A stretch of 64,000 nt of DNA. Source: Myxococcota bacterium (GTDB taxonomy: Bacteria > Myxococcota_A > UBA9160 > UBA6930). Positions 38,399 through 47,954 of this stretch are shown one piece after another. Below the pieces are notes generated by a model that did no database searches, was not told the DNA's origin, and saw nothing but the letters and a program-made list of their open reading frames with translations. The stretch spans positions 2,336,001-2,400,000 of the forward strand of contig OZ245002.1 of assembly GCA_965223415.1 (NCBI GenBank), in the 5' to 3' direction. Made by a program: the position numbers and the translations under genes. Position 1 is the stretch's first letter, and every line of letters starts with the position of its first letter.

Positions 38399-39825
38399 TG
38401 GGCTCTCTCCTCTGACGCAGCGAGGATCGGGCTCGCCTTCCAGAAATAGTTGGCCTTGCCGCCGGCGTCGTGGATCTTGCGGAACACATACTCCACCGGC
38501 AGGTCGAGGCGCACCTGGTCAGGCTGGGTGTTCGCCATCTGCACCTGCACCCGGCAGCCCTCCACCTCCGTCATCACCATGATGGTGGGCGGCTCGGCGG
38601 CGGGGAAGAAATGGTCGAAGGTGAAGGCGAGCACGCGCCCGACCTTGTCCGAGAGCCGGTAGGGCTCCCACTGGTCCTTGGCCTTGCACCCGTAGCAGAC
38701 GCGGGGCTGGGGCAGGTGGAGCTGGCCGCAGCTCGTGCAGCGGCCGGCAAGGAAGCCGATGTCGGCATCGCGCTCCCGGTAGCGCACGGTCGCCGAGAGC
38801 CCGAGATCGGCGCCGCCGTCCCACTCCTTCGGATCGAGCTTGCGCGAGCGCAGGTAGGCGTCGTAGCTCCCGAGGGCGCGACGCCGCGCCAGGTGCCCGC
38901 GCATCCCCCGCCGCGGCGGCAGCTTTCCGAGGTGCTCGGTGGCTTCGAAGGCCAGGGCGTGGGCACCGTCGCCGTAGCTCGCGCACAGGAGCTTCTCACC
39001 GGGTCGGGCGCCCTCGAGCGCGGCCACGAGCAGCATCGGCGCGTAGGCCGTGCCCGTGTTGCCGAGCTTGCCGATCAGCGGATCCTGGAGCGCGTCCTTC
39101 CCGATGCCGGCGCCCTTGGCGACGCCGCCGAGGGTTCGCGCGTCGTGGGCGTAGATCGCAGCCGAAGCGAAGTCGGCGCCGCTGGTTCCGGTCTTGGCGT
39201 AGAGACCGTTCAGCGCCTCGGCGAGGTTCGGGACGACTCCCTCGGTCGTGACGAAGCGATCCTCCCAGCTGTGGGTGAACGCCTCGCCGTCCACGCGCCA
39301 CGTGTCCTGGAACTCGTCGGCCACGGCGGAGCTGGCGGTGAAGGTCGCGACCACCTCTTCGTCACCGATCAGGAAGGCCGCTGCGCCGTCGCCCAGCTTC
39401 GCCTCGAGGGCGCCTCTCGGCGCGCCCATCCGGCAGTCACTCGCCACCACCAGGGCGAGCTTCGCGGCGCCCGCCTGGACGGCATGGATCGCCGCCTCCA
39501 GCGCCGCCGTGCCGGCGCGAAGCGAGCCCGCGTGGTCCGAGGTGAGCACGTCGCGCCTCAGGTCGAGGGCCTTCGCGACCACGGCGGCACCCTGCTTCTC
39601 GCGCAGCTCGTAGGAGGTGGAAGCGAAGTACACCGCGTCCACGCCGCTGCGTTCGAAGCCAGCCAGACAATCGATGGCTGCGGCGACGGCCATCGTCACC
39701 GCATCCTCGTCGTAGTAGGCCACGGCCTTCTCGGGCCCGCCTTGCTTGGCGGGGCGGCCCTGGGCGAGGGCGAAGGGAAGGCGCGTCATCGGCACGTAGG
39801 CGCCGTAGGATCGGATGCCGGTCAT
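38395..39825 (-). CDS. HMG-CoA-synthase-like domain fused to a DUF35 (Zn ribbon + OB-fold) domain
   Basis: [35 protein letters not shown]-terminal CTSC..CYGC and YFWKA. Confidence 0.85.
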   Translation of the reverse strand: MTGIRSYGAYVPMTRLPFALAQGRPAKQGGPEKAVAYYDEDAVTMAVAAAIDCLAGFERSGVDAVYFASTSYELREKQGAAVVAKALDLRRDVLTSDHAGSLRAGTAALEAAIHAVQAGAAKLALVVASDCRMGAPRGALEAKLGDGAAAFLIGDEEVVATFTASSAVADEFQDTWRVDGEAFTHSWEDRFVTTEGVVPNLAEALNGLYAKTGTSGADFASAAIYAHDARTLGGVAKGAGIGKDALQDPLIGKLGNTGTAYAPMLLVAALEGARPGEKLLCASYGDGAHALAFEATEHLGKLPPRRGMRGHLARRRALGSYDAYLRSRKLDPKEWDGGADLGLSATVRYRERDADIGFLAGRCTSCGQLHLPQPRVCYGCKAKDQWEPYRLSDKVGRVLAFTFDHFFPAAEPPTIMVMTEVEGCRVQVQMANTQPDQVRLDLPVEYVFRKIHDAGGKANYFWKASPILAASEERAH

Positions 39826-39883
39826 GCTGCAAGACCCCGGATTGGCAGGGGAAATCCCAGGATAGGGGAGATGGGTGCCGCAG

Positions 39884-39895
39884 ATTGTATACAAT
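39884..39895. promoter_or_regulatory. GntR/FadR-type operator overlapping the -10 box
   Basis: Perfect palindrome ATTGTATACAAT containing TACAAT 8 nt before ATG 39904; a GntR gene is in the operon. Confidence 0.75.
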
Positions 39896-39903
39896 ATACG
39901 ACC

Positions 39904-40299
39904 ATGTCCGCCCGCGACGAGATGCTGCTCCGCAAGGCCCGCGAGAAGGCGGTAGAGCTCGGCGTCGACCGCATCCGCCACCACATCCTCCTGTGCTGCG
40001 ACCAGACCAAGCCCAAGTGCTCCGGCAAGGAGGAGAGCCTCGCCTCCTGGGAGTACCTGAAGGGTCGCCTGAAGGAGCTCGACCTGGTCGGCGAGGGCGG
40101 CATCTACCGCACGAAGGCGAACTGCCTTCAGGTCTGCGTGAAGGGCCCGGTCGCGGTCGTGTATCCCGAGGGCACCTGGTACCACGGCTGCACGCCGGAG
40201 GTGCTCGAGCGGATCATCCAGGAGCACCTGATCGCCGGGCGCCCCGTCGAGGAGCACGTGCTGCTCACGCACCCGCTCGAGGCCGCCGATGGCCACTGA
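39904..40299 (+). CDS. thioredoxin-like [2Fe-2S] ferredoxin
   Basis: [11 protein letters not shown]...[23 protein letters not shown]. Confidence 0.9.
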   Translation: MSARDEMLLRKAREKAVELGVDRIRHHILLCCDQTKPKCSGKEESLASWEYLKGRLKELDLVGEGGIYRTKANCLQVCVKGPVAVVYPEGTWYHGCTPEVLERIIQEHLIAGRPVEEHVLLTHPLEAADGH

Positions 40300-40960
40300 G
40301 CCCGCCCCGCGGCTCGTACGCCAGAACGCCAGCCAGGCGGTGATCGAGCACGTCCGCCGTCTCGTGTTCGATGGTGCGCTGCGGCAGGGCGACAAGGTGC
40401 CGCAGCAGGAGATCGCCGACGCACTGGGGGTGAGCCGCATCCCGGTGCGCGAAGCACTGGTCGCCCTCGAGCGGGACGGGGTCGTCACCATCGAGCCCCA
40501 CCGCGGCGCCTTCGTGAACGCCTTCGACCCGGCGGCGATCGAGGACCACTACGCCCTCTACGGCCTGGTCTACGGCTTCGCCACCCGCCGGACCGCGGAG
40601 CGCGCCGACGCGGCGACGATCCGGGAGCTCTCGGGCCTGGCCGACGAGATCGGCGGGGCGGACGATCCCGAGGCGCTCTTCGAACGGGTCGGGCGCTTCC
40701 ACGCGATCATCCACCAGGTGGGCGGCTCTCCGCGGCTGCGGGCGCTGGTGCGCTCGCTCTCCGCCATCGTGCCCGGGAACTTCTTCGCCGTGATCCCCGG
40801 CGCGAGCGACGTCGCCCGCCAGGGCTTCCGGGAGATCGCCCGGGCCCTGCGCGCCGGTGACGCCGACGAGGCGGAGGCCCGCTGCCGGGCGATGCACCGG
40901 GCCCACGGCGCGAGCGTCACCCGCTTCCTGCAGGAGCGCGGGCTCTTCCGCGGCTCCTGA
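40289..40960 (+). CDS. GntR-family (FCD) transcriptional regulator
   Basis: [30 protein letters not shown]-terminal His. Confidence 0.9.
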   Translation: MATEPAPRLVRQNASQAVIEHVRRLVFDGALRQGDKVPQQEIADALGVSRIPVREALVALERDGVVTIEPHRGAFVNAFDPAAIEDHYALYGLVYGFATRRTAERADAATIRELSGLADEIGGADDPEALFERVGRFHAIIHQVGGSPRLRALVRSLSAIVPGNFFAVIPGASDVARQGFREIARALRAGDADEAEARCRAMHRAHGASVTRFLQERGLFRGS

Positions 40961-41017
40961 GCACCACGCCCGCCGGATGTGGCACTCTGCCAGCCCGGAC
41001 CACGATGGGAGCGCCCC

Positions 41018-43381
41018 GTGCACGGCCTGACCGACCTCCGCGTGATCGACTTCTCCACCGGCATCGCCGGCGGCTATGCGACCAAGCTGCTGGCCGACGC
41101 CGGGGCCGACGTCGTCAAGGTGGAGCCGCCCGGCGGCGACCCCCTGCGGCGGCACTCGGCGACGCGAGGCAGCCTGCCCGAGGGCGAGGACGGCGCCCTC
41201 TTCCGGTTCCTGCACGCGTCGAAGCGCTCGGTCGTCGGTACGCCCGGGGACCCGCAGGTGGAGGAACTGATCGCCGGCGCCGATCTGATCGTCGAGTCGT
41301 TCGACACGGATCGGCCCGACCCGCAGGCCTGGATCGCCCGGGATCCGCGCCTCGTCGTCCTCACCGTCACGCCCTTCGGGACCGAGGGCCCCTACGCCGG
41401 CCGGCCCTGGAGCGACCTCACCCTCCAGGCCGAGAGCGGCTCGATCTCCGGGCGCGGCCTGCCCGAGCAGCCTCCGGTCATGGTCGGCGGGAAGACCACG
41501 TTCTGGGTGGGCGGCACCTTCGCGGGCGTGGCGGCCCTGGCCGCCGTGCAGCGCGCGCGCCGCACCGGGCGCGGCGAGTGGATCGACTTCTCCCTGCTCG
41601 AGGTGATGAACATCGCCGGCGGCGTCTTCGGCGACCTCATCTCGAGCCTGTCCGGCCGGCCGCCGCTCAGCCAGCCCGCGCGCATGGTCGAGATCCCGTC
41701 GATCGAGCCGACCCGGGACGGCTGGGTCGGCTTCAACACGAACTCGCGCCAGCAGTTCGACGACTTCCTGCTGCTGATCGAGCGGCCGGACCTGCGCGGC
41801 GACGAGGAGCTGGCGAGCATCGCCCACCGCTGGGCCCGCCGCGACGAGTGGAACGCCGCCGTGCGGGCCTTCACGACCCAGCACACCACCGCCGAGATCG
41901 TCGAGCGGGCGGCGCTCCTGCGCATCCCGGTCGCGCCGGTCAACGACGGGGCGGGCGCCCTGGCCCACGAGCACTTCGCCGAGCGCGGCGTGTTCCTGAA
42001 GAACCCCAGCGGTGGCTTCCTCCAGCCGCGGGCCCCCTACCTGATCGACGGCGAAGGGCCGCGCCCACCGGGGCCGACCCCGGCGCTGGGCGAGCACCAG
42101 GGGCGCATCGAGGCTCGGGAGCGGAGCGCGTCTCCCGCGCCGGACGGGGCCGGCCTCCCCCTCGAAGGCATCCGGGTCCTCGACGCCACCGCCTGGTGGG
42201 CGGGGCCTTCGGCAACGGGCATGCTCGCGACCCTCGGCGCCGACGTCATCCACCTCGAGGCGGCCCAGCGCCCCGACGGGATGCGCATGATCGGCGGGAT
42301 GTTCGCCGGCGTCCACGAGGAGTGGTGGGAGTACTCGGCACTCTTCCTCGGCGCCAACGTCAACAAGCGCGGCTTGACGCTGAACCTACAGGAGGAGCGC
42401 GGCCGCGAGCTGTGCCTGCAGCTAGCGAGCGAGTGCGACGTCTTCGTCGAGAACTTCTCGCCGCGCGTGGTGGAGCAGTTCGGTCTCGGCTGGGAAGCCG
42501 TCCACGCGCGCAGCCCCGAGACGATCCTCGTGCGTATGCCGGCCTTTGGCCTCTCGGGCCCGTGGCGCGACCACGTGGGCTTCGCCCAGACGATGGAGCA
42601 GATGACCGGCCTCGCCTGGCTCACCGGCCACGCCGACGACCAGCCCCGCATCCAGCGGGGGCCCTGCGACCCGATCGCCGGGATGCACGCGGCCTTCGCC
42701 ACGCTCGTGGCCTTGCAGGAGCGCGAGGCCACCGGCTCGGGATCCCTCGTCGAGTGCACGATGGTGGAGGGCGCGCTCAACGCCGCCGCCGAGCAGATCG
42801 TGGAGTACAGCGCCTACGCGGGGCGCATGCAGCGCGAGGGCAACCGCTGCCCCGACGCCGCCCCCCAGAACCTGTACGCCTGCAGCGGGCACGAGCGTTG
42901 GCTCGCGCTCTCGGTCGAGAGCGAGGCCCAGTGGCGCGCACTGCGCCAGGTGCTGGGCGACCCGGCCTGGACCCGGGCCGACGATCTCCAGACCCATGAA
43001 GGCCGCCGCGCCGGCCACGACCGGATCGACGCCGAGCTCGGCGCCTGGGCCGCGGAGCAGGAGCTCGAGGAGGCGGTGGCGGTCCTGCTCGCCGCGGGCG
43101 TGCCGGCGGCGCCGGTCTTCGACGGCCGCGAGGCGTACCGCCATCCCCAGATGGTCGCGCGCGGGTTCTTCGAAGAGCTCGACCACCCGATCGTGGGAAG
43201 GCACCCCATTCCCGGCGCGCCCTTCCGATACGCCTCCGTCCCCCACTGGCTGCGCTGCGGGGCGCCGACCCTCGGCGAGCACAACCGCGAGATCCTGACG
43301 GAGCTGCTCGGTGTCGGCGAAGACGAGATCGCAGGCCTCGAGGAGCAGGGCGTGATCGGCCAGACGCCGAAGCTGGGCTGA
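41018..43381 (+). CDS. class III CoA-transferase with two tandem CaiB/BaiF domains
   Basis: LADAGADVVKVEPPGGD and LGADVIHLE..RPD, NVNKRGL, VENFSP, PTLGEHN. Confidence 0.95.
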   Translation: MHGLTDLRVIDFSTGIAGGYATKLLADAGADVVKVEPPGGDPLRRHSATRGSLPEGEDGALFRFLHASKRSVVGTPGDPQVEELIAGADLIVESFDTDRPDPQAWIARDPRLVVLTVTPFGTEGPYAGRPWSDLTLQAESGSISGRGLPEQPPVMVGGKTTFWVGGTFAGVAALAAVQRARRTGRGEWIDFSLLEVMNIAGGVFGDLISSLSGRPPLSQPARMVEIPSIEPTRDGWVGFNTNSRQQFDDFLLLIERPDLRGDEELASIAHRWARRDEWNAAVRAFTTQHTTAEIVERAALLRIPVAPVNDGAGALAHEHFAERGVFLKNPSGGFLQPRAPYLIDGEGPRPPGPTPALGEHQGRIEARERSASPAPDGAGLPLEGIRVLDATAWWAGPSATGMLATLGADVIHLEAAQRPDGMRMIGGMFAGVHEEWWEYSALFLGANVNKRGLTLNLQEERGRELCLQLASECDVFVENFSPRVVEQFGLGWEAVHARSPETILVRMPAFGLSGPWRDHVGFAQTMEQMTGLAWLTGHADDQPRIQRGPCDPIAGMHAAFATLVALQEREATGSGSLVECTMVEGALNAAAEQIVEYSAYAGRMQREGNRCPDAAPQNLYACSGHERWLALSVESEAQWRALRQVLGDPAWTRADDLQTHEGRRAGHDRIDAELGAWAAEQELEEAVAVLLAAGVPAAPVFDGREAYRHPQMVARGFFEELDHPIVGRHPIPGAPFRYASVPHWLRCGAPTLGEHNREILTELLGVGEDEIAGLEEQGVIGQTPKLG

Positions 43382-44337
43382 TGCGCCGCGCCGCCGTCGC
43401 TCTGCTCCTCCTGGCCGCCTCGGCCGTGCTGGCCGCCGGCTGCACGCTGCCGCGCATGACCGCGGTGCGCCTGCTGGTCTGGCTGGAGGGCGGCGAATCG
43501 CCGCCCCTCGCGCCGCCCGCCGACGAGGGCGACGCCGTCCGCTGGCTCGACGACTACTACACCGTCGAGTGGATCGACGCGTCGACGGTCGCCATCGGCG
43601 AGCCACGCTATCACCAGCAGAACTACAGCTACCTGATCCTCGGCGAGGAGCGCGCCGTGCTCTTCGACTCCGGCCCCGGCGTACGGGACATCCGGCCCGT
43701 CGTCGAAGCGCTCACGGAGCTGCCGGTGATCGCCGCCCCGTCCCATCTCCACTTCGACCACCTCGGCAACCAGCATCGCTTCGAGCGGGTGGCGATGATC
43801 GACCTCTCCTACCTGCGCGAGCGCGCCGAGGGCGGCGTGCTGGTTCCCACCGAGGAGGAGCACCTGGGCTTCTCCGAGGGCCGGGAGATCCGCCCTCTGC
43901 GCGTCACCGACTGGTGGGCGCCGGAGCAGGAGGTGGACCTCGGCGGTCGCGTGCTGCGGGTGGTGGCGACCCCGGGCCACACCACCGACTCCTGGTCGCT
44001 CCTCGACGAGGCGCGGGGCCAGCTCTTCACTGGCGACTACCTGTACCCGGGGCCGCTGATCGCGATCTGCCCCAACTCCTCCCTGGGAGACTACCTGACG
44101 ACCGCCGACGACCTCCTCGCGAGGCTCGGCCCGGACGCCCTGCTTCTCACCGCTCACCGGATGGCGCCCCCGGGCGCGCCTCGCCTGGCGTTCCGCGACC
44201 TCTCGGACCTACAGGCTGCGCTCGAAGCGATCCGCGAGGGCGAGCTCGAAGGCGAGGGCTTCTACCCGGTCATCTACACGGTGAACGAGCGCATCAGCTT
44301 GTGGGCGGATCGCCCGGCCGGACGGCGCTGGGACTGA
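43381..44337 (+). CDS. metallo-beta-lactamase-fold hydrolase, putative lipoprotein
   Basis: LAAGC lipobox, SHLHFDHLG, TPGH, FTGD. Confidence 0.9.
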   Translation: MRRAAVALLLLAASAVLAAGCTLPRMTAVRLLVWLEGGESPPLAPPADEGDAVRWLDDYYTVEWIDASTVAIGEPRYHQQNYSYLILGEERAVLFDSGPGVRDIRPVVEALTELPVIAAPSHLHFDHLGNQHRFERVAMIDLSYLRERAEGGVLVPTEEEHLGFSEGREIRPLRVTDWWAPEQEVDLGGRVLRVVATPGHTTDSWSLLDEARGQLFTGDYLYPGPLIAICPNSSLGDYLTTADDLLARLGPDALLLTAHRMAPPGAPRLAFRDLSDLQAALEAIREGELEGEGFYPVIYTVNERISLWADRPAGRRWD

Positions 44338-44343
44338 TCGCGC

Positions 44344-45027
44344 TCAGTACTCGATCACCCAGAGCTTCTCGAGCAGCCACGCGGCGCCACGCACCACGAC
44401 CTGGACCGGTCCCCAGATCACGCGCTCGTGCTCGCGCTCGGTGAGGTGGACCTCGAGGGTGCTCATGGCCACGTCCTTGCGCAGGCGCTCGAGGCGCCCG
44501 GTGATGGAGTCGACCCGGGCCTGCACCCGCGCCAGCTCGCGCTCCACCTGGAGCACCTCCTCGACCTTCTGGGCCCGGGCCGCCAGCTCGCGGAGGCGAT
44601 CCCGGAGCGCGACCTGGTTGGCGAGCTCTGCGTCGAGGTCGGCGACCGCTTCGGTCACGTCCTCCGCCGTTACCTGGCGGCTCTTCTCCTCGCCGAGCGC
44701 GGCGACCGCCTCGAGGAGGCCGTCGAGCTCCGCCGTAGGCACCCGCACGCGCTGGGTGGCCGTGCGCTCCTCGATCCGGCTGGACTCGATGCGTCCTCCA
44801 CGCTCGGCGACGAGTCGCTCCAGCAGGGTGACCGCGCTCGCGAGCTCGTCGACCTCCACGCTCTGGTGGCCGCGGCGGATCAGCAGCCGCTCCGCCGGAG
44901 CCGATGCTTCCGAGGCGACCCGCGCTCGGGCCCCGTCCATGGCAAGAGCCGGGGGGCTCGCGGCGGGCTCGGAGAGGCTCGCGCAGCCGGTCAGGAGCAG
45001 GGTCACGAGGGCGAGGGCACGCAGCAC
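44344..45027 (-). CDS. DUF4349-type coiled-coil lipoprotein
   Basis: LLTGC lipobox, VRVPT, EDVTE..D, EEVLQVERELARVQ. Confidence 0.75.
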   Translation of the reverse strand: MLRALALVTLLLTGCASLSEPAASPPALAMDGARARVASEASAPAERLLIRRGHQSVEVDELASAVTLLERLVAERGGRIESSRIEERTATQRVRVPTAELDGLLEAVAALGEEKSRQVTAEDVTEAVADLDAELANQVALRDRLRELAARAQKVEEVLQVERELARVQARVDSITGRLERLRKDVAMSTLEVHLTEREHERVIWGPVQVVVRGAAWLLEKLWVIEY

Positions 45028-45065
45028 GGAAGGCCTCCTTCGAGGGGACGGAGCATCGAAACCGA

Positions 45066-45560
45066 TCAGCGCCGGCGGGTTCCCCGGGCGAGGCGGGAAC
45101 AGAGCGCGAAGCCCGCCACGCCGACCACCGGCGATGTGACCAGCCCTGGGAAGTAGCCGCCGGCCCGGAGCGACAGCATCGGGTGGGCGACTGCGTTTCC
45201 GACCATCGCCAGCCCGAGGAACCAGAGGGGGACGAGCAGCCCGCGGGCGCCTTCCCGGAGTGCCGCCGCCGAGACCACCCAGATGCCGATCCACAGCACG
45301 TTGAAGGGAACGAAGATCCAGCCGGGCCAGGGCGCGAGCCCCAGCAGCTCGGGCAGGCGCCGGTCGAAGCCGGTCAGGAACTCCTCGGTGAAGTGGACGC
45401 ACTGGAGGGCAATGACGACGGCCGCGAGCCTGCGCAGGGCATCGAGCTCGGCGGGCTCGCCTCGCAGCGGCGAACGCATCCCCGTCAGCGCGATCCCCAC
45501 GCCGAGGGCCACGCCCAGCAGGGCCGTGCTGGGGAGGAAGCTCTGCAGCAGCTCGCTCAT
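45066..45560 (-). CDS. HXXEE-domain membrane protein
   Basis: HFTEE, NAVAH, YFPGL. Confidence 0.8.
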   Translation of the reverse strand: MSELLQSFLPSTALLGVALGVGIALTGMRSPLRGEPAELDALRRLAAVVIALQCVHFTEEFLTGFDRRLPELLGLAPWPGWIFVPFNVLWIGIWVVSAAALREGARGLLVPLWFLGLAMVGNAVAHPMLSLRAGGYFPGLVTSPVVGVAGFALCSRLARGTRRR

Positions 45561-45816
45561 GCCAGGCTGCGGGCCCAGTAGACCTCGCGTCCTCCGTTCC
45601 AGCGAGTCTCGGTCTGGGGAGCGAAGCCCGCTCGGCGGTAGAACGCCTGGGCCGGCTCGTTGTGCTCGTTGGTGTGCAGGCCGACGGCGACGGCACCGCG
45701 GGTGCGGGCGCGCTCCAGGACGAAGTCCATCAGCTGGCGCCCCATCCCTTGGCCCCGGCGAGGATCAGCTCCACGAGGTCCGGGACGTCGCCGGCCGTCG
45801 CGAGCCGGATCGTCAC
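45557..45816 (-). pseudogene. GNAT acetyltransferase with an internal deletion
   Basis: MTIRLATAGDVPDLVELI joined out of frame to RRGQGMGRQLM...NEPAQAFYRRAGF. Confidence 0.7.
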
Positions 45817-46208
45817 GCGGCGGCCGGTCGGAAGAGCGGCAGGGTGATCTCGTCGGTCATCTCCCGGAAGCACACCTCGAGGGGCATGCCGATCCGGATC
45901 GCGTCGGGCTCCACGTCGACCAGGTTCGAGAGCATGTGCCAGCCCTCCTCGAGCTCGACGATCACCACCGTGTAGGGCACCTCAAACTCCGGGCGCTGGG
46001 GTCGGTGCACGGTCGTGTAGCTGTAGAGCGTGCCGCGGCCCGAGCTCTCGACCCAATCGAGTTCCGTGCCGAGACAACGGGTGCAGACCGGCCGCGGGAT
46101 GAAGACGTGGGTTCCGCAGCCGGTGCAGCGCTGCACGCGCAGGCGGCCCTCGCGGCAGCCCTCCCAGTGCGGGCGGGAGAGGGTCGTCGGGGTGGGCAGC
46201 GGGATCAC
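45813..46208 (-). CDS. DUF35 Zn-ribbon/OB-fold protein
   Basis: QRCTGC..PRPVCTRC, GRGTLYSYT, PYTVVIVELEEG. Confidence 0.9.
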   Translation of the reverse strand: MIPLPTPTTLSRPHWEGCREGRLRVQRCTGCGTHVFIPRPVCTRCLGTELDWVESSGRGTLYSYTTVHRPQRPEFEVPYTVVIVELEEGWHMLSNLVDVEPDAIRIGMPLEVCFREMTDEITLPLFRPAAA

Positions 46209-47359
46209 AGGGGCTCCTTTCCGACCAGCATCACGTCGCAGAACAGGGCGCCGGAGCCGCCGTTGCTCGCCATGGCCACCTCGGCCTCAGGAAGGGTCAG
46301 CTCCGCCGGGAGCTTCCCCTGCAGCTGGAGTGCGGCGTTCACCGCCTTCTGCAGCATCTGGGCGAGGCCGGCGTGGCTGAAGGAGAGGAGCCCGCCGTTG
46401 GTGGCGACGGGTAGCTCCCCGTCGATGCGGATGCGGCCATCCATCACGAAGCCGCCTCCCTCGCCCTCCTTGCAGAAGCCGAAGGCCTCGAGCTGGCGGA
46501 TGATCTCGAACGAGAACGGGTCGTAGAGCTCGGCCACGTCGACGTCGCGGGGCATGAGGCCGCACTGGGAGAAGGCGAGCTCCGCTGCGCGGCGGCCCAC
46601 CCAGCCGTAGCGGTCCCAGACCGGTGCCGTGGTGTAGGCCATGCCCTGACGGTCCATGCCGCCGCCCAGGACGTAGATGGGGGTCACCCCCAGATCCCGC
46701 GCCCGTTCCTCGGTGGTCATCACCAGCCCGGCGCCGCCTTCGGAGTTGATGCAGCAATCGAGGAGGTGGAAGGGGTGGGCCACCAGCCGCGAGGCCTCCA
46801 CGTCCCTCGGGCCCACCTCCTTGCCGTACATCACGGCCTCCGGGTTGCGGGCGCCGTTCATGCGGATGGCGGCGGCGACCTCGGAGAGGGCCTCGCGCTT
46901 CGTGCCGTACACGTGCATGTGTCGCTGGGCCATGAGCGCGAACTCGGCAGCGGTGTAGAGGCCGAAGCACTCGACGAACTCGTTGCTCGGCCGGGTCCAG
47001 GAGACGGTGGCCGCGTGGTCCGTGTACTCGCCGCACTGGGCGGCGGCCACCACCGCCGTGTGGCACTGGCCCGTGGCAATGGCCGCCGCGGCCTCGAGCA
47101 CTGCCTCGATGCCCGCCGGCCCCGTGCCGTTCCACATCGGGCGGCCGCCCATCCACTGGGCCACGTCCCGGGAGTTGACGCGCCCGACCCAGGTGGAGGC
47201 GTTCAGGCCGTCGACGTCGTCCGGCGTCAGGTTCGCTTCGCGGAGGCAGCCGAGAATCGCGTCGAGCAGCAGCTCCGGCTCGCTCAGGTGGGTGATCTTC
47301 TTCGCCTGGACGGTGTTGTAGGCGCCGACGATCGCCACGCCCTGGTACGGACTCTTCAT
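46205..47359 (-). CDS. thiolase-fold lipid-transfer protein (Ltp/SCP2-like, possible aldolase)
   Basis: HLLDCC..SEG, ELYDPFS, LEAFGFC..GEG, TNGGLLS; no N-terminal catalytic Cys. Confidence 0.85.
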   Translation of the reverse strand: MKSPYQGVAIVGAYNTVQAKKITHLSEPELLLDAILGCLREANLTPDDVDGLNASTWVGRVNSRDVAQWMGGRPMWNGTGPAGIEAVLEAAAAIATGQCHTAVVAAAQCGEYTDHAATVSWTRPSNEFVECFGLYTAAEFALMAQRHMHVYGTKREALSEVAAAIRMNGARNPEAVMYGKEVGPRDVEASRLVAHPFHLLDCCINSEGGAGLVMTTEERARDLGVTPIYVLGGGMDRQGMAYTTAPVWDRYGWVGRRAAELAFSQCGLMPRDVDVAELYDPFSFEIIRQLEAFGFCKEGEGGGFVMDGRIRIDGELPVATNGGLLSFSHAGLAQMLQKAVNAALQLQGKLPAELTLPEAEVAMASNGGSGALFCDVMLVGKEPL

Positions 47360-47393
47360 GGGCGGGAGTGTGCCACAGCGGTAGAGTCCGTTC

Positions 47394-47954
47394 GTGCCGG
47401 GCCCGCAGGTCGACCGAGGTGCCGATCGCCTGGCGATGCTGCTGCTCGGAGTGTGCGTCGCCGTCGCCGCGCTGCTGCTCTGGGCGGCGGCGGGCGAGCC
47501 GCACCCCGACGCCGCGGGCACGGCGCACCCGGAGCGGGCGAGCCTGCTCTCCGGCGGCGACGGTGCGGCGCGAGGGCGCCCCCTCCTTGATCTCGCCTGG
47601 GCCTACGGAGCCGCCGCGATCGCGTTCTTCGCCATCGCCTTCGCCCTGGCGCTGCGCCGACGCGGCCAGGGCCTGGGCCCCGTACGCGTCCCCTTCTGGA
47701 TCTCGGTGGGGCTCTACCAGCTCGCCTGGCTGGGCCTCCTGCTGGCCTATGCAGCGTTCCTGCGTGCCCCCGCCGAAGCCCCCTTCGTGTTCGGCTTCCC
47801 GCTGCCCACCGCCATCATGCTGTTCGTGCTGTGGCCGCTGCCCGTGCTCTTCATGCTGATCTACCTGCGCTTCTTCTCGCGCTGGGTGTGGACCGCCGAG
47901 GACGAGGAGCGGGCGGCGCGGCTCGTCGCCGCCGCCCGGGCCGACGCCGAGTGA
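47394..47954 (+). CDS. membrane protein, probable SSS transporter accessory subunit
   Basis: ~4 TM segments, PFVFGFPLP; GTGA overlap with the transporter. Confidence 0.65.
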   Translation: MPGPQVDRGADRLAMLLLGVCVAVAALLLWAAAGEPHPDAAGTAHPERASLLSGGDGAARGRPLLDLAWAYGAAAIAFFAIAFALALRRRGQGLGPVRVPFWISVGLYQLAWLGLLLAYAAFLRAPAEAPFVFGFPLPTAIMLFVLWPLPVLFMLIYLRFFSRWVWTAEDEERAARLVAAARADAE

